64,000 bases of DNA. Source: a virus. Its lineage: Duplodnaviria; Caudoviricetes. Where the stretch lies: the IMG/VR virus record IMGVR_UViG_3300025858_000016, positions 1 through 64,000 of that record. The stretch is one strand, 5' to 3'. The number at the start of each line of letters is the position of its first letter. The stretch's first letter is position 1. The position numbers and the translations under genes were made by a program. The notes beneath the pieces were generated by a model. That model had not been told where the DNA came from, did not search any database, and saw nothing but the letters and a program-made list of their open reading frames with translations. Positions 39,731 to 48,836 of the stretch are shown piece by piece.

Positions 39731-40688
39731 AAGTAAGATAATATCAGAGTTTAATTTAAAGAAGTTTGGTCAAAAAGGGTGGCTTAGAGGTAATTTATTT
39801 TGTCCAGAATGTGGACGTAATGACAAATTTGGTGTTTTATTTACTGATAATAGTGCTGTTTGTAAGTGTTTTTATTGTTCTAAATCTTATTCATTATTTT
39901 CAGTATTAAAGAGTGTAAGTAGGTTAGATTTATTGGATAAGGAATATTATTATGAAGAAGAAAAAACATTGCCTACGCTATCTAAAACGGTTAATGAAGT
40001 AAATAAAGAAGTTGAATTACCATTATGTTTAATAGATATTAATTATGATGATTATCTTAATGATAGAGGGTTTTTAGATTATCAATATAGAAAATTTAAT
40101 GTGTGTAAGTCTGATGTAGACCCTAGAGTAGATAATATGATAGTATTTAAGATATTTCAAAATGGGGTTTTAAGTGGTTGGATAGCTAGATCAAGAAATA
40201 GTAAGGAATGGCATCATGAAAATTTAAGAAGACATAAAGAGTTAGGTGAACCACTTGTTTTAAGGTATAGAAACTCGAACAATGATTTTTCGAAAATGCT
40301 TGGAGGGTTAGATGAAATAAATGATAAGACACATACATTAATACTAGTAGAAGGGTTATTTGATAAGGCTAATGTAGATAGGTTGTTGAGATTGGATGAC
40401 ATTGATGATATAAAGTGTTGTTTTACATTTGGGAGTAGCTTATCAATTGATCAAATTAATTTAATTCCTTCAACTATAAAAAGAGTTATTTTGATGTATG
40501 ATTTGGGAACTATAGATAGTATGAAGGATGCTGGTAGTAAATTATTAACAATGTTTGAAGTAGATGTGGCATTATTATCAGATGAAAATATTGACCCTGG
40601 GAATATGAGTTTTGAATATTTATGTTATTTGTTAAAGAATCTTAAGAATTTTATGCAATTTTTTTTACAATTAAAATCTTATAAATAA
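39723..40688 (+). CDS. DNA primase
   Basis: CPEC...CFYC zinc finger; TOPRIM ILVEGLFD, ILMYD, IDPG. Confidence 0.8.
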   Translation: MNKSKIISEFNLKKFGQKGWLRGNLFCPECGRNDKFGVLFTDNSAVCKCFYCSKSYSLFSVLKSVSRLDLLDKEYYYEEEKTLPTLSKTVNEVNKEVELPLCLIDINYDDYLNDRGFLDYQYRKFNVCKSDVDPRVDNMIVFKIFQNGVLSGWIARSRNSKEWHHENLRRHKELGEPLVLRYRNSNNDFSKMLGGLDEINDKTHTLILVEGLFDKANVDRLLRLDDIDDIKCCFTFGSSLSIDQINLIPSTIKRVILMYDLGTIDSMKDAGSKLLTMFEVDVALLSDENIDPGNMSFEYLCYLLKNLKNFMQFFLQLKSYK

Positions 40689-41182
40689 TGACTTCTCAAG
40701 TAACTAAATCTCGTAATTTGCCACTTACAGAGTATTACTCTATACTCCAGATGGAGTATATCTCCTATTATGTCAGATCAGTTATTTATCCTGGTAAGTA
40801 TTCAGAGAAGTATAAACAATATTGTGTTCTTAAGAAAGAAAAGATTGATAAAATTGGTAGTAAAAATAATTTGCCATCCATATTTAATAATACATCTGTA
40901 AGAGAGAGTTATATTAATAAATTTTTTAACCCGTATGGATTACCTAATTTTGAGTATAGAGATGAAGAATCAATCAGAATGATGGGACGATGGGACAAGA
41001 ATTATTGGTTTTCAGAGGGTACAAGTATACAAATAAGAGATAATGGTGGTATGGTGTGTACTAAGATAATTAAGAATCTTGGTAATGATAATTGTGTAGT
41101 AGCTGAGATTAATGGTTTTACACGTAGATTTAGTTATGAATTCATTTCGAGAATTTTAACTGATAAATTGATAAATTTTTAA
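40688..41182 (+). CDS. Hypothetical protein
   Basis: ORF; TAATG overlap with primase. Confidence 0.5.
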   Translation: MTSQVTKSRNLPLTEYYSILQMEYISYYVRSVIYPGKYSEKYKQYCVLKKEKIDKIGSKNNLPSIFNNTSVRESYINKFFNPYGLPNFEYRDEESIRMMGRWDKNYWFSEGTSIQIRDNGGMVCTKIIKNLGNDNCVVAEINGFTRRFSYEFISRILTDKLINF

Positions 41183-41244
41183 TATAGATTTTATATTAGA
41201 ATTGAAAATTATTTATTAATTTTAAAACTTCAAATTAAGAAACT

Positions 41245-41817
41245 ATGTGGATAATCACTAAGCAGTTTGATTTTTGTTATGGCCATCGTGTTTGGTCTCA
41301 AACATTAAATACTGATTTTTCTTTAGATTCATGTTTAAAGTGTAGACACTTACATGGACATCAGGGAGTAGTTAATATTTCATTATCTGGAGAAGAGTTG
41401 AAGAGTGGAATGGTTACTGATTTTAAACATTTGAATTGGTTTAAAAAGTGGTTAGATGATACACTAGATCATAAATTTATTATAGATATTCATGATCCGT
41501 TGGTCGTGAGTGGTTGGTTTTCAGAATTAATAAAAGAGAAACGTAATGATAATAAACAGTATTCTGTAGTGGATAAAGAGTTATTTAATATTGATGAATA
41601 TGGCGCAATGACAATAAAACAAAAGCTTTATAGTTCATTTATAACATCCTATCGAGAACTATATGAAGGGATGGTGTTTGTCAATTTCGTTCCAACTTCA
41701 GAAAATCTCTCTAAGTGGATATTTGACATTGTTCAGAAGAAGATGTCAGAATTAGATGTTCAAGTTCATAGAGTTGAGTTTTTTGAAACTCCTAAATCAC
41801 GAAGTATATATGAGTAA
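41245..41817 (+). CDS. queD: 6-carboxytetrahydropterin synthase
   Basis: F.YGHR, CRHLHGH, GMVTDF, LDH, PTSEN, ETPKS motifs. Confidence 0.88.
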   Translation: MWIITKQFDFCYGHRVWSQTLNTDFSLDSCLKCRHLHGHQGVVNISLSGEELKSGMVTDFKHLNWFKKWLDDTLDHKFIIDIHDPLVVSGWFSELIKEKRNDNKQYSVVDKELFNIDEYGAMTIKQKLYSSFITSYRELYEGMVFVNFVPTSENLSKWIFDIVQKKMSELDVQVHRVEFFETPKSRSIYE

Positions 41818-42565
41818 AATTATGATTGAAGGTAATCCTTCATTTAAAAAAGAAAAGCCACAGATTAATTATTTGAATGTTGCTGAGTTTTTCTGTGATA
41901 CAATTCAAGGAGAAAATTTTGTAGGGTACCCAGCAACTTTTTTAAGATTACAGGGGTGTACATCCGTTTGTTCATATTGTGATACCTTGGAAGTATGGCG
42001 TTTTGGCAACCCCTATACATTTGAAGAGCTTTTTGAATTGATTGAGAAATTTGATCTTGTTCGAAAGTTTAGAGAGGGACAACATTTAGTATTGACAGGT
42101 GGTTCGCCTATGTTGCAACAAGACAATGTAGTTAGATTTATACAAGAGTTTATTAAGCGTTATGAATTTAAACCTTATATTGAGATCGAGAATGAATGTA
42201 CTTTAATGCCACATGACCAATTAGTTGATATAGTTGATTTATGGAATAATTCACCTAAGTTACTAGACTCAGGGAGTGCAGATTTTATTCGTTATCAACC
42301 TCGTATACTCTCTTATCTCTCATCTTTAAAGAATGCTTGGTTTAAGTTTGTAATTAGTAAAGAAGAAGATTGGAAAGAGATTAAGTCAGACTTTTTAGAT
42401 AAAAGATTAATTAGAAAAGATCAAGTTGTTTTAATGCCTTTAGGCGCAACACGTCAGGAGTTAATTGAAAATAGAGAGAGAGTAGTAGAGATTTCAATAC
42501 GTGAAAATGTAAGATATACAACAAGAGAACACGTTATAATTTGGGATAAAAAAACTGGAATATGA
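41810..42565 (+). CDS. queE: 7-carboxy-7-deazaguanine synthase (radical SAM)
   Basis: TIQGE..G.PATFLRLQGCTSVCSYCDT, VLTGG, SPKL; likely ATG 41810. Confidence 0.88.
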   Translation: MSKIMIEGNPSFKKEKPQINYLNVAEFFCDTIQGENFVGYPATFLRLQGCTSVCSYCDTLEVWRFGNPYTFEELFELIEKFDLVRKFREGQHLVLTGGSPMLQQDNVVRFIQEFIKRYEFKPYIEIENECTLMPHDQLVDIVDLWNNSPKLLDSGSADFIRYQPRILSYLSSLKNAWFKFVISKEEDWKEIKSDFLDKRLIRKDQVVLMPLGATRQELIENRERVVEISIRENVRYTTREHVIIWDKKTGI

Positions 42566-43152
42566 TTGATAGTGAAAAACTTATAGCGGCTGAACAAGCT
42601 TATGCTAAATTTATGGATGTGGTTCTTCCTAATTGGAGAGAAGATCCAAATTCGAAAGATACCCCTAAGAGAGTTGCAAAAATGTTTCTTCAAGATTTAT
42701 GGAAGGGACTGTATAGTGAAGAACCTGTAATTACTGTTTTTGAAAATTGTGAAGTTTATGATGGGATTGTCTTTCAAGGGAATATTGAAGTGAAGTCTCA
42801 ATGCTCTCATCATCATATGCCCTTCTGGGGTAAGGCTTATGTAGCTTATATCCCAGGGAGTTCGAATCGTATTATTGGTCTCTCTAAGTTGAATCGAATT
42901 GTTGAGTATTTTTCAAGAAGACCTCAAGTTCAAGAAAATCTTACAATGCAAATACATAATTTTTTGCAAGAGATTTTACAAGATAGTAAGGGGATAGCAG
43001 TGTTAATTGAAGCTCAACATACTTGTGTGTCTCATCGAGGTATAAGACAAGATTCAACTATGAAAACTTCTAAATTATCTGGTGTCTTCTTAGATAATAC
43101 TGATAAATCAAGAGAAGAATTTTATCACTTTATAAATGATTTAAAAAAATGA
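42562..43152 (+). CDS. folE: GTP cyclohydrolase I
   Basis: DTPKRVAK, CSHH.MPF.G, GLSKLNR, RPQVQE, HTCVSHRG. Confidence 0.92.
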   Translation: MIDSEKLIAAEQAYAKFMDVVLPNWREDPNSKDTPKRVAKMFLQDLWKGLYSEEPVITVFENCEVYDGIVFQGNIEVKSQCSHHHMPFWGKAYVAYIPGSSNRIIGLSKLNRIVEYFSRRPQVQENLTMQIHNFLQEILQDSKGIAVLIEAQHTCVSHRGIRQDSTMKTSKLSGVFLDNTDKSREEFYHFINDLKK

Positions 43153-43478
43153 TTTCTTTTAAAGAGTATAGTGAACTATCTAGTCAAGTTTTAATTTACC
43201 CTCGTAATATAGCCCCACTCTATCTAGCTTTAGGGATTAATGGTGAAGCAGGAGAAGTAGGTGAAAAAGTAAAGAAGGTTTATAGAGACAATGCTGGGAT
43301 ATTTGGAGAAGAACATATAAATGCAATTAAGAAAGAGATTGGAGATGTATTATGGTATTTGAATCGTCTTTCAGAGGAGTTAGGATTTACTTTAGAAGAA
43401 GCTGCTGAATTGAATCTTATTAAACTTGAAGATCGTATTCAACGTGAAGTAATTCAAAGTTCTGGTGATGATCGTTAA
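43149..43478 (+). CDS. MazG-like nucleotide pyrophosphohydrolase
   Basis: LGINGEAGEV.EKVKK...KEIGDVLWY. Confidence 0.8.
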   Translation: MISFKEYSELSSQVLIYPRNIAPLYLALGINGEAGEVGEKVKKVYRDNAGIFGEEHINAIKKEIGDVLWYLNRLSEELGFTLEEAAELNLIKLEDRIQREVIQSSGDDR

Positions 43479-43489
43479 ATTTATATAGT

Positions 43490-43924
43490 ATGACAACAAT
43501 AAAATTTAAACAACTTAGAGATAATTTTAAGTTACCTGAAAAAAGTTTCAGTACTGATGCTTGTTTCGATGTTGTAGTACATCATATAGAGAAATTAGGA
43601 CATAAATGTATCTGTTATTTAGGTTTTTCTACAGAGATACCTATAGGTTGGAAGGGGGTCATTGTACCAAGAAGTAGTATAACTAAGACTAATTGGACAA
43701 TGCTTAATAGCCCAGGTCAGGTGGATTCTTCATATCGTGGTGAATGGCAAGTAAGATTTACTCATATTGATACTGGGGAGGAACCAGAATTCCCATATAA
43801 AATTGGAGATAGAATTGCTCAAATTTACTTTGAAAAGGTAAATGAAGTATCTTTAGAGTTGGTAAATGAAGTAAGTGATACTGATCGTGGAACAGGTGGA
43901 TTTGGGCATACTGGTTCTAAGTAG
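43490..43924 (+). CDS. dut: dUTPase (trimeric)
   Basis: ACFD, PRSS, GQVDSSYRGE, GDRIAQ, RGTGGFGHTG. Confidence 0.92.
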   Translation: MTTIKFKQLRDNFKLPEKSFSTDACFDVVVHHIEKLGHKCICYLGFSTEIPIGWKGVIVPRSSITKTNWTMLNSPGQVDSSYRGEWQVRFTHIDTGEEPEFPYKIGDRIAQIYFEKVNEVSLELVNEVSDTDRGTGGFGHTGSK

Positions 43925-43928
43925 TTTT

Positions 43929-43947
43929 ATTTAAAATCATTATAAAT
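43929..43947. promoter_or_regulatory. 9-1-9 palindromic operator, copy 1
   Basis: ATTTAAAAT-C-ATTATAAAT; 18/19 identical to the copy at 59923. Confidence 0.55.
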
Positions 43948-44037
43948 TTATGGTTTTTATAAATTATTTTGATTGAAAATTAGATTCGTAAATATAAATT
44001 TTATATTTTTAATCCATAATTCAAATACATAAAAATC

Positions 44038-44745
44038 ATGAAAACAAGAACAGATTTAGAGAAAATGACCACTTTATCACTTCGTGAAGAATGTAAAGGT
44101 AAGATTAAAAATTATGGTCGGATGACTAAAGAAGAGATGATCAACGCCCTTATTGAAAATCCTGCTACTGTGACTTCAGAGGAGATTTTTACTGATCGTC
44201 ATAATCTCCCTATTAATAAGGGACAAAGAGTAAGTGTTAGAATAGGTGGGAATTGGTTTCCGGGAACAGTTGTTCGCTTGAAGAAAATACAGGGTGATGA
44301 TTGTGCCTCTATTCTTTTGGATGGCAAAGATTTACCTAAGCTTTTTTACTCAACAGACATTGATATTGATGTGCCTGGCGATTTAAATAAGAAAGCAACA
44401 TCTGTTAATAAGACAGAGAAAAATACTATTGAAACAGTAATCTCTGAGATTAAAAAAGAAGAAGTTATTGCTTCCTTTACTGTTAGAGTAAAGAAGTATC
44501 AAGAATTTCTTGATTCTGTTGATAAAATGGGATATGAAATTGGACAAGATGTTACATTTGAAGTCTCAAAAAGAAGCAAAATAAATCCTGGGGCTATTTT
44601 ATCAGGTAAAATAAAATCTTTTGTTTGGGATCCTCAGGGCAATTGTGCCTTCTTTATAATTAAAGTGGAGGGAGACAGTCGGGAGTTTTATAAGACCCCT
44701 AAATCTTTGTTCAACTTTGCTTCTACCTATTCTCAGAGTAAGTAA
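44038..44745 (+). CDS. Protein with Rho-N/HeH-like N-terminus and two SH3/Tudor-like domains
   Basis: LEKMT..SLREECK..IKNYGRMTKEEMINAL; KGQRVSV...WFPGTVV; IGQDVTF...SGKI. Confidence 0.5.
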   Translation: MKTRTDLEKMTTLSLREECKGKIKNYGRMTKEEMINALIENPATVTSEEIFTDRHNLPINKGQRVSVRIGGNWFPGTVVRLKKIQGDDCASILLDGKDLPKLFYSTDIDIDVPGDLNKKATSVNKTEKNTIETVISEIKKEEVIASFTVRVKKYQEFLDSVDKMGYEIGQDVTFEVSKRSKINPGAILSGKIKSFVWDPQGNCAFFIIKVEGDSREFYKTPKSLFNFASTYSQSK

Positions 44746-44760
44746 TATAAGAGATAGCAG

Positions 44761-44801
44761 TATAGTATAGAGAGACTTTGACAAAGTCTCTCTATACTAT
44801 A
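44761..44801. repeat. Perfect 20-bp inverted repeat with 1-nt centre
   Basis: TATAGTATAGAGAGACTTTG-A-CAAAGTCTCTCTATACTATA. Confidence 0.95.
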
Positions 44802-44879
44802 TAATAAATTAGTTTAGAGCTGATTATATTTGATATAGATATTGTGATATGTTAGAGTATATAAATACAACTTTAAGAA

Positions 44880-45674
44880 ATGAGAAAAATATCACATGAG
44901 TGCCCTCTAGCACTTTTATCAGAAAGTCGTAGTTTTAATGACTATGATTATGCACTAGTCCATTTATTTGAACAATATCCACAATATTATCAGTTTTTTG
45001 TAGAGTCATTAAAGTTAGGTCGTGAAGTAATATTAGATAATTCGATATTTGAACTTGGGAAGTCTTTTGATAATGACCAATTTGCAACATGGGTAGAGAG
45101 ACTACAGCCAACTTACTATATTATCCCTGATGTTCTAGAAGATAGTAAGGCTACAATTGAACGTTTACATAATTGGGTATCAAAGTATAATTTTTTGCCT
45201 GGAAAGAAAATAGGGGTGGTCCAAGGGAAGACATATGAAGATTTAGTAGAGTGTTATCAAGAAATAGATAGATATTGTGATGTTATAGCTATTTCTTTTG
45301 ACTATAGTTATTATGAAAGTATATTTGAACTTACTAATAAATTTAAAAATTGGGTGTATGGGAGACAGTCTTTGATAGTAAAATTAGTGAGAGAGAGAAT
45401 AATAAATAAAAAGAAACCTCATCATTTATTAGGGTGTAGTTTACCACAAGAATTTCTTTTTTATCAATCTAATGTCTATGATTTTATTCAATCTATTGAT
45501 ACTTCCTCCCCTATTGTACATGGTTTGTTAGAGATTTACTATGATCAATATGGGCTAGAGAAGAAGGAGTCTATTAAATTATTTGAATTGATTGATGCAA
45601 AAGTTACGGATTTACAAAGAGTAGCAATTAATAATAATATTAAGATTTTTAAACAGTTAGTAAATGGGAACTAA
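44880..45674 (+). CDS. TGT/DpdA-like TIM-barrel transglycosylase (putative 7-deazaguanine insertion enzyme)
   Basis: ILDNS, IPDV, GVVQG, HLLG, SIDTSS match the order of TGT/DpdA core motifs; embedded among que genes. Confidence 0.6.
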   Translation: MRKISHECPLALLSESRSFNDYDYALVHLFEQYPQYYQFFVESLKLGREVILDNSIFELGKSFDNDQFATWVERLQPTYYIIPDVLEDSKATIERLHNWVSKYNFLPGKKIGVVQGKTYEDLVECYQEIDRYCDVIAISFDYSYYESIFELTNKFKNWVYGRQSLIVKLVRERIINKKKPHHLLGCSLPQEFLFYQSNVYDFIQSIDTSSPIVHGLLEIYYDQYGLEKKESIKLFELIDAKVTDLQRVAINNNIKIFKQLVNGN

Positions 45675-46203
45675 GATATTAATTACAGGGACACATAGTA
45701 CAGGTAAATCAACTTTACTTGAAGAATTGAAAAAGTTGGATAAGTTTCGAGATTTTAAGTTTATTGGTGGTGTTACACGAAGTGCTAGAAATTTAGGACT
45801 TGAGATCAATGAAAGTGGAGATGAATATACACAATTATATTGTATGTGTAAGGATTTTTTAAATCTTATAGAAAATGAAGATAGTAAAGTAATTTATGAT
45901 AGAAGTATTTTAGATACATTGATTTATTCATTATATTTATATGATAAATTACCAAGTTGGGTGATTGATATAAATCGAAGTATGTGTAATCTTCTTATTA
46001 AGAAGTTTGATTTAATTGTATGGTTAAGACCTGAACAAGAGATAGATGATGACTCAGTTCGAAGTATGAATATGGATTTTCAAATTGAAGTAGATTATAT
46101 GTTTGATCGATTTTTTAAGCAAAATAATTTGCCAGTATTCCAGTTAAAGGGATCTATACAAGAACGAGTTGATCAATTTAATAAAATTTATAGTCATGAA
46201 TAA
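45664..46203 (+). CDS. P-loop nucleotide kinase-like protein (dNMP kinase/AAA_28-like)
   Basis: ITGTHSTGKST, YDRSILD. Confidence 0.7.
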   Translation: MGTKILITGTHSTGKSTLLEELKKLDKFRDFKFIGGVTRSARNLGLEINESGDEYTQLYCMCKDFLNLIENEDSKVIYDRSILDTLIYSLYLYDKLPSWVIDINRSMCNLLIKKFDLIVWLRPEQEIDDDSVRSMNMDFQIEVDYMFDRFFKQNNLPVFQLKGSIQERVDQFNKIYSHE

Positions 46204-47008
46204 GTCAAACAGTTTTAAATTAGGCCAGAAGACCCAATATGACAATGAGTATAATTCTGATTTAATTGATGTTTTTCCTCGTTCAGAGAGACGTAAGGGG
46301 ATGTCATCTTTGATGTTTGGGATTGATATATGGACAGCATATGAATTTTCTTTTTTATTGAAAAGTGGGTTACCTTATTTTTGTGTACTACGAATTTATA
46401 ATTTTGCATATTCTGAGTATATTTTTGAATCAAAATCTTTAAAGTTATATTTGAATTCATTTAATAATACATGCTTTTCAGGGATTGCAGAAGTTAAGCG
46501 AATTATTGAAAGAGATTTATCTAGGAAAGTTGGCACTGAAGTTTTTGTAGAGAAATTAAATAGTTTCCCAAGATCTAGAGTTGAAGATAAGATTTGTTTA
46601 GAGAGAGAATGTAAAAGTATTAAAATTAATGAGTATGAGTATAACCCTAAATTACTTAAGTCTTATGAATCAGGTTATACCAAACAACTTTTATACTCTA
46701 ATTTATTACGTTCAAATTGTGAAGTTACAAATCAACCAGACTGGGGTCGTGTTACAATTGAATACATTGGGAGTCGTCGAGTTGACTACGAGTCATTACT
46801 TAAATATTTAGTATCATTTCGAAAACATCAAGGGTTTCATGAAGTTGTTTGTGAGAGAATTTATAACGATCTTTATAATGAATTAAAGCCTACTTATCTT
46901 TCAGTTTTATGTCAATATACAAGACGGGGCGGAATTGATATAAACCCATTTAGATTGTCATACCCAGACTTTAATATGCCATCACTTTCTAAGTTATTAC
47001 AACAATAA
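46196..47008 (+). CDS. queF: NADPH-dependent preQ0 reductase (bimodular type)
   Basis: DIWTAYEFS, ESKSLKLYLNSF, RSNCEVTNQPDWG (catalytic Cys), FHE, YTRRGGIDINP; likely ATG 46196. Confidence 0.9.
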   Translation: MNKSNSFKLGQKTQYDNEYNSDLIDVFPRSERRKGMSSLMFGIDIWTAYEFSFLLKSGLPYFCVLRIYNFAYSEYIFESKSLKLYLNSFNNTCFSGIAEVKRIIERDLSRKVGTEVFVEKLNSFPRSRVEDKICLERECKSIKINEYEYNPKLLKSYESGYTKQLLYSNLLRSNCEVTNQPDWGRVTIEYIGSRRVDYESLLKYLVSFRKHQGFHEVVCERIYNDLYNELKPTYLSVLCQYTRRGGIDINPFRLSYPDFNMPSLSKLLQQ

Positions 47009-47045
47009 ATCTAAGTTTGAAATCAATTGTACTTAATTTTAAAAA

Positions 47046-47777
47046 ATGAAACACGCCGTTCTATCAATTAGTGGAGGTATGGACTCTACTTCTCTTTTAC
47101 TACATCTTCTATCAAGAGATTATTTTGTACACTGTATTTCATTTAACTATGGGCAGAAACATGTTATAGAACTAGAAAGAGTTGAGAAGAATATAAGATT
47201 TCTTCAGATACTTACAGAATCAAAAATAGAGTGGGAAGTAATTGATCTTTCACAGATAATGAGAAAGTTTCATTCATCATTGACTTCTGATTCAATGAAT
47301 GTGCCAGAAGGGCACTATGCAGATGAGAATATGAAGAGTACAGTGGTTCCTAATCGTAATGCAATCTTTTCATCTCTTATATATGGGTATGCGCTTTCAC
47401 TATCTAAGAGTTTAGATGAAGATATTCAGATATGCTTAGGTACACATTCAGGTGACCATGCTATTTACCCTGATTGTCGTCCAGAGTTTCATACAGCATT
47501 AGATTATGCATTTAAAATTGGTAACTGGGGGTCTGAACGTGTATCTAACTATCTTCCCTATCTTCAATTAGATAAGGCTGATATATTAAGAGATGCATTA
47601 GCAAGTTGTGTGATATTAAAGATTGACCCTTTTATGATTTTTGAAAATACGAATACATGTTACCGACCTAATGAAAAAGGTGAATCATGTGGAAAGTGTG
47701 GGTCGTGTACAGAGAGACTGGAAGCATTTGATAGAGTTGGGATAGTTGATCCTGTAAAGTATGTGTCATATGAATAA
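47046..47777 (+). CDS. queC: 7-cyano-7-deazaguanine synthase
   Basis: SGGMDS, YGQKH..E, VPNRN, YPDCRPEF, CY...CGKCGSC. Confidence 0.92.
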   Translation: MKHAVLSISGGMDSTSLLLHLLSRDYFVHCISFNYGQKHVIELERVEKNIRFLQILTESKIEWEVIDLSQIMRKFHSSLTSDSMNVPEGHYADENMKSTVVPNRNAIFSSLIYGYALSLSKSLDEDIQICLGTHSGDHAIYPDCRPEFHTALDYAFKIGNWGSERVSNYLPYLQLDKADILRDALASCVILKIDPFMIFENTNTCYRPNEKGESCGKCGSCTERLEAFDRVGIVDPVKYVSYE

Positions 47778-48108
47778 TGAAGAATTTCTTATCTATCATA
47801 AAGAATGTTGTGATAGAATACATAAAATAGTGTCTGCAAAGAATCATGATTATTCAGGTTTTGATAAACTTGATGCTTTTGCAAATTTCAAAGTTGTTGA
47901 AAAGATAGGGGTTGCTTCTGTAGAACAAGGTTTTCTAACACGTATGATGGATAAGATTTCGCGTGTAAATTCTTTTGTTCTACAGGGTGTTACTAGAGTA
48001 GAGAATGAAAAAATAGAAGATACATTACTTGATCTTGCTAATTATGCATTATTAATGTCTGGATACATTAAATCAAAGAAAGATGAAACTGATAAAACCA
48101 AGTTATAG
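47761..48108 (+). CDS. Nucleotide-modification-associated all-alpha domain (DUF1599/Nmad1-like)
   Basis: KNHDY...FANF...RMMDKISR...EDTLLDLANY; start may be ATG 47770. Confidence 0.65.
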   Translation: MCHMNNEEFLIYHKECCDRIHKIVSAKNHDYSGFDKLDAFANFKVVEKIGVASVEQGFLTRMMDKISRVNSFVLQGVTRVENEKIEDTLLDLANYALLMSGYIKSKKDETDKTKL

Positions 48109-48835
48109 AATTGAGACTCCTATCAATGGAGAAGAGATTCTTATTGCTATTGAAGCTGCTGGGAGAACTGCTTATAAAAGTGAAGGTAAGATAGAGATTT
48201 TAGAACAGAGAACTAATATTGGAGGGAAAGAGTATTCACGAATTGGTATTTCAGCACATGAATTTCTTTCTAAACTTCTTAAACGTGGACATGAAGCGCC
48301 GCTTGAATTAGGTGGGATGATTAATGTTCGCTTTATTTGTGATAGGGGAGTAACTCATGAACTAGTTAGACATAGACTTGCAAGTTTTGTACAAGAAAGT
48401 ACGAGATATTGTAATTATGCTAATGGGAAAGATATTGAGTTTATTATTCCTAGTTGGTTAGATATTAAAGAGGGTGTCTATAATCTAAATAAAGACTATG
48501 ATAATTTTAGTGAGTATGATGGTACTCTTACTTGGTTAGATAGTATTAATAAAGATGAAATAAAATATAATAATCTTGTTAATCAAATTAATCCTAAAAC
48601 TGGTAAAGTAGATTTAAGATTTCGTAAGTGGTCTCCTCAAGAAGCTCGTAGTATCCTTCCTAATTCTCTTAAAACTGAGATTGTAATTGGTGCTAATATT
48701 CGTGAATGGAGATATATACTTAGACTTCGTACTGCTGAAGGTGTACATCCTCAAATGAGAGAGTTAATGTGTCCTTTATTAGAAGATTTTAAGAAACAGA
48801 TTCCTATTTTATTTGATGATATAAAGGGAGAGTAA
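48083..48835 (+). CDS. thyX: Flavin-dependent thymidylate synthase
   Basis: GHEAPLE, RHRLASFVQESTRY, QEARSILP, NIREW. Confidence 0.92.
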   Translation: MKLIKPSYRIETPINGEEILIAIEAAGRTAYKSEGKIEILEQRTNIGGKEYSRIGISAHEFLSKLLKRGHEAPLELGGMINVRFICDRGVTHELVRHRLASFVQESTRYCNYANGKDIEFIIPSWLDIKEGVYNLNKDYDNFSEYDGTLTWLDSINKDEIKYNNLVNQINPKTGKVDLRFRKWSPQEARSILPNSLKTEIVIGANIREWRYILRLRTAEGVHPQMRELMCPLLEDFKKQIPILFDDIKGE

Positions 48836-48836
48836 A

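Noticed and set aside
41245-47777. Host chromosomal queuosine operon or prophage boundary
   Set aside because: Genes are interleaved with phage replication genes on the same strand and share the phage promoter motif; no queA, queG, canonical tgt or integrase.
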